Shown piece after piece: positions 12,480 through 20,515 of a DNA stretch of 64,000 bases; the stretch's first letter is position 1, and each line of letters opens with the position of its first letter. Source of the DNA: Sphyrna mokarran. Lineage: Eukaryota. The stretch lies in NCBI GenBank assembly GCA_024679065.1, contig JAGIQG010000009.1, positions 81,778,001 to 81,842,000 of the forward strand, in the 5' to 3' direction. Below the pieces are notes generated by a model, which did not search any database, was not told where the DNA came from, and worked only from the letters and a program-made list of their open reading frames with translations. A program made the translations under genes and the position numbers.

Positions 12480-14410
12480 TGCGAAAGTCACAACTTATAG
12501 CTGTGATGTGCAGGGAATTCGAAAAGGTCTTTGATAAATTACCACATCAAATGTTACTACACAAGATATGATGGTGTGTGGGTAAGAAGATGCTGTGTGG
12601 GTAACATATTAGCATTGAGAGAGGATTGGTTAGCTCACAAAAATGAGAGAGAGGGGATAAATGATTGATTTGGGGTTGGGAAGCTGTGATTAGTAGAATT
12701 CTGGAACAATCAGTGTTGGGACCACAACTACTCACAATCCATATCAATGACTTGGATGAAGGGAATGAATGGAACTAACATTCCAATGACACTAAGATTG
12801 GTGAGAAAGTAAGTTATCAAGACAAGGTGGAGAGTCTGCAAAGGGATAGAGACAGGGGAAGTGGCTAAACACTTGGAGTACAACCTGGGTAGATGTGAAG
12901 GTGTCCACTTTGGCAGGAAGAATAGAAAAGCAGTAAACTACTGAAATGGAGAGAGATTGCCCAACTCGGTGCTACAGAGGGATCTGGGTGTCCTGGGACA
13001 TGAATCACAACAAGTTAGTCTGCAGCTACAGCAAGTGATTAGGAAGACAAACGGAATGTTGGTGTTTATTACAAGGAGAATGGAATATAAAAATAGGGAA
13101 GTTTTACTGCAGTTGTACAGGGTCTCGCTGAGATGACATCTGGAATACTGCATGTAGTAGTTTAGGTCTTCTTGTTTGAAAAAGGATATCATTGTGTCAG
13201 AAGCAGTTCGGAGAAGATTCACTCAACATATTGAGGGGTGAGGGGTTATCATTTGAAGAAAAGTTGGACAGGTTGGGCCTAAACCCACTGGAGTTTAAAA
13301 GAATGAGAGGTGATCTTATTGAACCATGTCAGATTGTGAGGGGACTGACAGAGTGGATACCAGGAGGATGGCGCCTCTTCTGGGGCAGAGTGAGGTGAGA
13401 ATACAGAGGAACAAAGAGAATGAGTGATGTGCCACAAGGATCGATGCTGGGTCAATGTGATTTGTCGTTTATATTAATGATTTGGATGAGAATATAGGAG
13501 ATATGGTTAATATGTTTGCAGATGACACTAAGACTGGTGGCATAGTGAACAGTGAAGAAAGTTATCTCCGATTGCAACAGGAATTGGACCAGTGGGCTGA
13601 CAAATGTTAGCTGCAGTATAATTTCGATAAATGCAAGGTGATGTATTTTGGTAGATTGAACCAGGGCAGGACTTACTCAGTTACTAGTGGGGCACTGGGA
13701 AGAGTTACAGAACGAAGAAATTGAGGGGTACATCTTCATAGCTCCTTGAAGGTGGAGTCACAGATGGTCAAAGGGGTGAAGAAGGCATTCGGCATGCTTG
13801 CTTTCATTAGTCAGAACATGAAATATCGGAATCAGAACATTATGTTGAAGTTGTACAAGACATTGGTAAAGCACATTTGGAATACTGTGTACAGTTCTGG
13901 TCACCCTGTTGTAGAAAAAAATTATTAAACTAGAAAGAGTGCAGAAAAGACTAGAATGCTACGGATTTGATGGTTTGGGTTATCAGGAGAGGCTGGATCG
14001 ACTGGGACTTTTTTGTCTGGAGCGTGGAAGACTGAAGGGTGACCTTAAAGAGGTCTATAATGTAATGAGGGACATAGGTCAACATGACAATCAATATTTT
14101 TTCTCAAAGTTGGGGATTCTAAAACTGGAGGACAGACGTTTAAAGCGAGAGGGCAGAGATACAAAAGTGTCCAAATAGGCAATGTTTTCACACAGAGGGT
14201 AGTGAGTGTCTGGAACAAGTTGCCAGAGATAGTAACAGAGGCAGGTACAATTTTGTCTTTTAAAAAGCATTTCGGCAGTCACAGGGGTAAGATGGGTATC
14301 GATGGATATGGGCCAAATGCAGCAACTGGAGTAAAGAGTTTAAAAAAAGGGCAGCATGGACAAGTTGGGCTGAAGGGCCAGTTTCCTTGCTGTAAACCTC
14401 AATGACTCTA
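12480..14410 (+). mobile_element. Old degenerate CR1-type LINE fragments (paralog ~44870-46830)
   Basis: Decayed RT motifs with many stops; shared by both duplication units. Confidence 0.8.
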
Positions 14411-14454
14411 TGAGATAAAGTGAAGGAAAGTGGACTACTTACTACTTACTAAAG

Positions 14455-15620
14455 TGGACTTTAGTAAGGCGTTTGATAAGGTGGCCCATGGAAGACTTCT
14501 GCAGAAAATGCAGATGTATGGGATAGAGGGTGATTTAGCTAATTGGATTAGGAATTGGCTAGCAGATAGAAGACAGAGGGTGGGGGTTGATGGGAGATAT
14601 TCATCGTGGAGTTCGGTGACAAGTGGTGTACCTCAGGGGTCTGTTTTGGGGCCCCTGCTGTTTGTAATTTTTATAAATGATCTGGATGAGGTTATTGAAG
14701 GATGGATTAGTAAATTTGCAGATGACACTAAAGTCGGTGGAGTGGTAGATAGTGAAGAGGGGTGTTATTAGTTTGCAGAGAGACTTGGACAAGTTGCAGA
14801 GCTGGGCCGAGAGGTGGCAAATGGAGTTTAATGTGGAAAAGTGTGAGGTAATGCACTATGGCAGAAATAATAAATGTGTAGAGTATAGGGCAAATGGTAG
14901 GATCTTAGTAGTCTAGATGAACAAAGGGATCCTGGTGTGTATGTGCATAGATCCCTGAAAGTAGGCAGTCAGGTCGAGAAGGTTGTTAGGAAGGCATATG
15001 GAGTCTTGGCTTTTATTTGTAGAGGGATTGAATTTCGGAGCCGCAACGTCATGTTGCAACTGTACAAAACTCTAGTGCGGCCGCACTTGGAGTGTTGTGT
15101 GCAGTTCTGGTCCCCACATTATAAGAAAGATGTGGAGGCATTGGAGAGGGTACAGAGGAGGTTTACCAGGATGTTGCCTGGTAAGGAGGGCAGGTCTTAT
15201 GAGGAGAGGCTGAGGGATTTGAGGTGTTTTCGTTAGAAAGGAGTCGGCTAAGAGGAGACCTTATCGAAACATATAAGATGATTAGAGGTTTAGATAGGGT
15301 GGACAGTGATAGCCTTTTTCCTAGGATGGAGAAAGCTAGCACGAGGGACACAGCTTTAAATTAAGGGGTGATAGTTATAGGACGGATATCAGAGGTAGGT
15401 TCTTTACCCAAAGGGTGGTTCAGGAGTGGAATGCCCTGCCTGCAGCAGTTATAGATGCGCCAAGTTTGGTGGCGTTTAAGAGGTTAGTTGATAAGTATAT
15501 GGAAGAGAAGGGAATGGTTTAGTTTGGAGGGGCATTGCTTTTTATATTGGTCGGCGCAACATCGAAGGCCAAAGGGCCTGTTCTGCGCTGTAATGTTCTA
15601 TGTTCTATGTTCTATGTTCT
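14455..15620 (+). mobile_element. 5'-truncated CR1-type LINE ~400 bp upstream of the V1 promoter, unit 1-specific
   Basis: DFSKAFDKV...QGSVLGP...FADD; 4x ttctatg tail; empty site at ~46850. Confidence 0.95.
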
Positions 15621-16019
15621 AAAAACTGAGGAATAGAGGGAGGGAGAAAGAGGAGAGAAAAAGAAAGAGTGAATGAGAGGGTAAACAAACAATGTGAGAC
15701 AGGAAGGACAAGAAACAGAGACAGTGAGAGGGTGGGGGATAGAAACAGAGATTAATGGAGTGAAAGAGACAGCAATGGAGGGAGAGACATCAATAAAGCG
15801 AGGGAGACAGAGACTGAGGGACAGATATCGAGAGAGAAAGACTGAGAATGAGAGAGAGAGAGAGACAATGAGTGAAATAGAGATATCGAGAGAATGAGAG
15901 AGAGAAACTGAGGGACAAGTCTCAGGGACAGAGACTGAGGGTCACTGTCCCTCGGTTTCTGTCTCTCAGACTCTGTCCCTCAGTCTCTGTCCCTCAGTCA
16001 CTCTGGAGAAAGAAGAAGA

Positions 16020-16113
16020 GGAAGTGAAAGATGCTGACGTGGTTTCTCTGGGTCAGACCATTTACAAACTGAGGAACAGGCAGTGAGACTCTCACAGGCT
16101 GCAGCTTTATAAA
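16020..16113 (+). promoter_or_regulatory. V1 promoter: EICE, CRE/UPRE-like motif, degenerate octamer, TATA
   Basis: GGAAGTGAAA 16020-16029; TGACGTGG 16035-16042; ATTTACAA 16060-16067; TATAAA 16108-16113, ~60 nt upstream of ATG; conserved in cluster 2. Confidence 0.75.
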
Positions 16114-16173
16114 GCAGAGCCCAGTGAAGGGAGAGTTTATCAGTAACCAGGCACAGGGACACGAGCACACACC

Positions 16174-16222
16174 ATGATTTCAGCCATCCAGCTGCTCTGG
16201 CCTCTGGCATTCTGCATCGCAG
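16174..16222 (+). CDS. IGKV: Ig kappa-type light chain cluster 1, leader exon (MISAIQLLWPLAFCIA-G)
   Basis: ACCATGA start context, hydrophobic signal peptide, phase-1 GT donor at 16223 matching the V exon acceptor; identical to the cluster 2 leader. Confidence 0.95.
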
Positions 16223-16408
16223 GTACTAATCTCTCTCCTTCCACCTTGAATATTTTCCTGCTCTCCATTTCAATCCAATTCTCCTGACTTGTGATTGAAG
16301 GGAAAATGCTGAAAGGAGAGGAACAGTCAGTGTCTTCAACAATATCTCATTGTACAGCCTCTTTCTGTGATAGTTCTCACTTCACTCTGTTTCTCTATTA
16401 CCCCTCAG

Positions 16409-16708
16409 GTATCAATGGGGAGATCATCATGACCCAGACTCCCGCGGTGCTGTCAGTGAGCCTGGGCCAGACCGCCACCATTACCTGTACGGCCAGTCAA
16501 GGCATTAGCGATGATTGTGCCTGGTACCAACAGCGAGAAGGACAGAAACCGGCTCTGCTGATCTATGAGGCAACATATCGATTCACAGGAGTATCTGACC
16601 GATTCACCGGCAGTGGATCTGGGACAAGATTCACCCTGACAATCAGCAATGTTCAGAATGAGGATGTCGCTGATTATTACTGTCAGCAAGATAACAGCTG
16701 GCCCCTTA
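16409..16708 (+). CDS. IGKV: Ig kappa-type V exon, cluster 1 ([12 protein letters not shown]...C..WYQQ...[15 protein letters not shown])
   Basis: cccctcAG acceptor at 16407-16408; Cys23, Trp35 (WYQQ) and DxAxYYC motifs; directly followed by a 12-RSS. Confidence 0.97.
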
Positions 16709-16736
16709 CACAGTGATACAGAGCCTTACAAAAACC
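16709..16736 (+). other. V1 recombination signal sequence, 12-bp spacer
   Basis: CACAGTG + atacagagcctt (12 nt) + ACAAAAACC, perfect consensus; V-12/J-23 is the kappa-type configuration. Confidence 0.98.
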
Positions 16737-16741
16737 CCAAC

Positions 16742-16912
16742 ACACACAGCACCACCTCCTGTACTGACACATCCCACAGTTTTATATAATATATAATAAT
16801 GGACACACAGTCCCACCTCCTGTACTGACACATCCCACAGTTTTATATAATATATAATAATGGACACACAGTCCCACCTCCTGTACTGACACATCCCACA
16901 GTTTTGTATAAT
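16742..16912. repeat. 61-bp minisatellite, ~3 copies, in the V1-J1 spacer
   Basis: Unit acacacagtcccacctcctgtactgacacatcccacagttttatataatatataataatgg. Confidence 0.95.
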
Positions 16913-17180
16913 AATTAACAAACACAGGAAAGGAAACTGAACAAATTCTTTGCACTGTCCACTACACACTCCAGTCCCTGTGGTGTCTACCGCTCACTGA
17001 AGGCCTCGAGTTTCCCTCTTACTCTTCATGTTCGCATATGAAGAGTGGCTGAAAGATTTATCATCTCAAATTAAAATTCTCAACTCTCTCAATAAAACAC
17101 AGAGACATTCAGGGAAACAGGGAGAGAGAAAGAGTGAGAGAGAAAGAGATGAGTGAGTGAGTGAGTGAGTCAGAGACAGA

Positions 17181-17219
17181 GGTTTTTGTACAGCTCCTGC
17201 ACTGGAAGCTGTCAGTGTG
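17181..17219 (-). other. J1 recombination signal sequence, 23-bp spacer
   Basis: GGTTTTTGT (17181-17189) + 23 nt + CAGTGTG (17213-17219; one mismatch from CACTGTG, CAC core intact). Confidence 0.96.
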
Positions 17220-17254
17220 CCTTACGTTTGCTAAAGGAACCAAACTCAGAATGA
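17220..17254 (+). CDS. IGKJ: Ig kappa-type J segment, cluster 1 (LTFAKGTKLRM)
   Basis: Follows the 23-RSS; F-A-K-G variant of FGxG, then GTKL; GTAAGT donor at 17255, phase 1, in frame with C1. Confidence 0.93.
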
Positions 17255-17775
17255 GTAAGTAAAGTCCAATCCTCCGTTATTAACCCTTTCAATGCTGAAA
17301 CTTTCTCAAACACAAATACTGAATAGTTGAAGGTGTTAGTGAGGAAGTTGCAGTCAATGAAATGGTTGATTGAAGAACATTGTGTAGAACAGGGAGTCCA
17401 GCTGTTTTTCTTTCCTTCCATTCCCCTCTTTAAACAGCAAGATTTCAGTAAGCAGCTTTTACCCACCGTGTGGAGGAGATCTGGACGTTTGCAGACTGTG
17501 TTCACATTCCTGCAGCATGGAGTGAAATCACTCTCTAGACTCCTGTCGGTCTCAGTGTGACACAGACAGGCAGAGTTTGATGTGAAGTAGAACTCTCTGT
17601 CTCACTCTCTGATATAACTGATCACAGCAGCAGCACAGTGAGACACCGAGGTGCCACCTGCCCCAGCTTTCACTCTGCTCTCTCCACTCCCTGCTTATCT
17701 CTTGCTGAAGTTCTGATGACAAACAGCCACAGCAGGGCTCACAATCCAGTGGCTTCAGTGTTCCAGGCTTTTGTT
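17255..17775. promoter_or_regulatory. Candidate J-C intronic enhancer, cluster 1
   Basis: Non-repetitive block almost identical to 48825-49345; GAGGAAGT (ETS) 17341, CAGCTG 17399, CCACCTGCC (kE2-type E-box) 17654-17662. Confidence 0.55.
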
Positions 17776-18648
17776 TCTTTCTCTTTGGGATGAGTTCAAT
17801 CTGACATTTTCCCAAATCCAACGTCACTGGAAATGCTGATTGTTCTCATTGCTGTGTGTGGGATCTTGCTGTGTACATGTTGTGACCAGTCCTCAGACAG
17901 GATCCCTGATTTGTTAACTTCCTGAACTGGATCCCAATTTTGTTTTCCTCTGAATGAGGAATAATCAGCTGGAATCCTACCCTCGATTGGTCACAACAGG
18001 ATTCATTTAAAATGGATCCTTTCACGGTGGAAATCTTACACCGTCCGTGTAGTTTTTTATTAGCCATTGAATCTCTACAGTGCAGGAGGAGGATATTCAG
18101 TCCATCAGCAGAATTATGAGAGACAGAGATAGGGTAGATATGAGGAAACTTTTCCCGTTAATCACAGAGGCAGCAGATTTTGAGAGGCGTGAGGGAAATC
18201 TTTTCATCCAATTGTCCAAAAGAGCTTCTTACCCAGGCTCCCTGTAACCCTGCACACTTACCATTGCTAACCCACCTAAAGAACACACTAGGGGCAATTT
18301 AGCATGGCCAATCCATCTGACCTGCAGACTTTTGTAATTACTCAGAGGGTAGTGAGGGTGTGGAATGCCCTGCCTGCAGCAGCTGTGGACTCACCAATTT
18401 TAAAGGCATTCAAATGGTCAGTGGATATGGATAATATTGGAATAGTTTAGGTTAGAGGGTCATTAGATTGGTTTCACTGGTCGGTGCAACATCGAGGGCC
18501 GAAGGGCCTGTACTGCGCTGTAATGTTCTATGTTCTATGCACATTGGAATTTTCCAGAAGTTGGTCACTTTATATTCTCAGCCATCTTGGCTCAGTCCGA
18601 GTGCTGTAGAAATTTACAGCACAGAAAGAAGCCTATCCTGTATCCTGT

Positions 18649-18906
18649 ATTTCCACCGTGAAAGGATCCATTTTAAATGAATCCTGTTGTGACCAATCGA
18701 GGGTAGGATTCCAGCTGATTATTCCTCATTCAGAGGAAAACAAAATTGGGATCCAGTTCAGGAAGTTAACAAATGAGGGATCCTGTCTGAGGACTGGTCA
18801 CAACATGTACACAGCAAGATCCCACACACAGCAATGAGAACAATCAGCATTTCCAGTGATGTTGGATTTGGGAAAATGTCAGATTGAACTCATCCCAAAG
18901 AGAAAG
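18649..18906 (-). repeat. 258-bp inverted duplicate of 17777-18034
   Basis: Reverse-complement match with ~2 mismatches; flanked by direct repeat aagcctatcctgtatc (18629-18644, 18904-18919). Confidence 0.95.
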
Positions 18907-20224
18907 CCTATCCTGTATCTGCTGGCCATCAAGCTCCTAACTATTCTAATAGCATTTTCAAACACTTGGTCAGTAGCCTTGTATGCTTTGGAAGTTCAAA
19001 TGCTCATGTAAATATTTCTTAAATGTTGTGACGGTTCCTGCCTCTAGTACCCTTTCAGGTAGTGAGTTCCAGATTCCCAACACCCTCTAAGCGAAAAAGT
19101 TTTTCCTTCAATCCCTCGAAATCTTCTGCTTCTGAAATTAAATCTATGCTCCCTGGTTTTTGAATCTACTGCTAAAAGGGAAAAAGTTCTTTCGCATCTG
19201 TTCTATATCTTCATAATTCGGACCTGCTGCGGTTATACAGGACTTTGGTGAGGCAGCACTGGGAATATTGTGCACAGTTTTGGTCTCCCTATCTCAGGAA
19301 GGATATTTTTGCTGTAGAGGAAGTGCAGAGAAGGTATCCCAGACAGCTTCCTGCTGTAATGGGACTGATGTATGAGGAGAGATTGAGTTGGTTAAGACTT
19401 ATATTCACTGGAGTTCAGAGGAAGCAAATGAAGAGAAATGAGGAAGTAACTCATGGAGACTTATAAAATTCGAACAGGTTAGGGGGAATAGTGAGATAAA
19501 TACATGGGGTTTATGGGGTAAGAGTTGATGGAGACTCGATGAGCTGAATGGTCTCCATCTGCACTTTAGAGATTCTATTGTCCATGTCTGTGCTGGCCAT
19601 TAAGCATCTATCTATTGTAATCACATTTTCCAGCATTTGGTCCGTTGCTTTGTTTGCTTTGTAATTTCAAGTGCTCATCTAAATGCTTCTTAAATGTTGT
19701 GAAGGTTCCCACCTCCGCCATCCTTTCAGGCAGTGAGTTCCAGATTCCCAGCACCCTCTGGGTGAAAAGATTTCCCTCAATTCCCTCAGAATCTGCTGTC
19801 TCTGTGATTAAGGGGAAAAGTTTCCTTTGGAAAGAGTTCAGAGATGGTTCACGAGGCTGATTCCACTGAGTAAGGGATTGTCTTAGGAGGAAAGCTGGAG
19901 TAAGTTGGGCTGATACTCATTAGAATAGAACTTATTCCACCACCTCAGCACCATCTTCACCAGGGCAATTAGGGATGGATGATAAACACTGGTCTGCATA
20001 GAATCACAGCAAGTATCTCCCCTATCCCTGTCCCTAGTAATTCTGTCTTTCTGCAGTTATACAGGGCCTTGGTGAGACCACACTGGGAATAATGTGCACA
20101 TTTTTATGTCCTTATCTGAGGAAGGATGCTTTTGCGACAGAGGAAGTGTAGCAAATCTTTACTGGAATGATTTCTGTGATAGTGAGATTGATGTTGGAGG
20201 AGAGATTGCATTTTTTTCTCAGTT

Positions 20225-20515
20225 TATTTATTAGTCACAAGTAGGCTTACATTCACACTGCAATGAAGTCATTGAGAAAATACCCACATGGCCACATTCT
20301 GGTGCCTCTTCTGAAGGAGAATTTAGCTTGGCCAATTCACCTAACCTGCACACCTTTTGGACTGTGGGAGGAAACTGTAGAACCTGTAGGAAACCTATGC
20401 AGACATGGGGAGAATGTGCAAACTCCACACAGACAGTGAGCCAAGCTGGTAATTGAACCTGGGTCCCTGGCACTGTGAGTCAGCAGTGCCAAGCACTGTG
20501 TCACCGTGCTGCCCC
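20225..20515 (-). mobile_element. V-SINE (HE1-like) in the J1-C1 intron; paralog at ~51155-51455
   Basis: Reverse complement of the tRNA head (ggcagcacggtg...) and V-domain. Confidence 0.82.

Noticed and set aside
16291-16408. N-terminal extension of the V ORFs ([11 protein letters not shown]...) in the ORF track
   Set aside because: Read-through of the leader-V intron; the true N-terminus comes from the spliced leader exon
16709-17219. Germline-joined VJ genes
   Set aside because: Both clusters retain intact RSS pairs and intervening DNA, so they are in the split configuration
17553-17559. Second CAGTGTG in the J-C intron as an additional J segment
   Set aside because: No nonamer at 12 or 23 nt and no FGxG downstream
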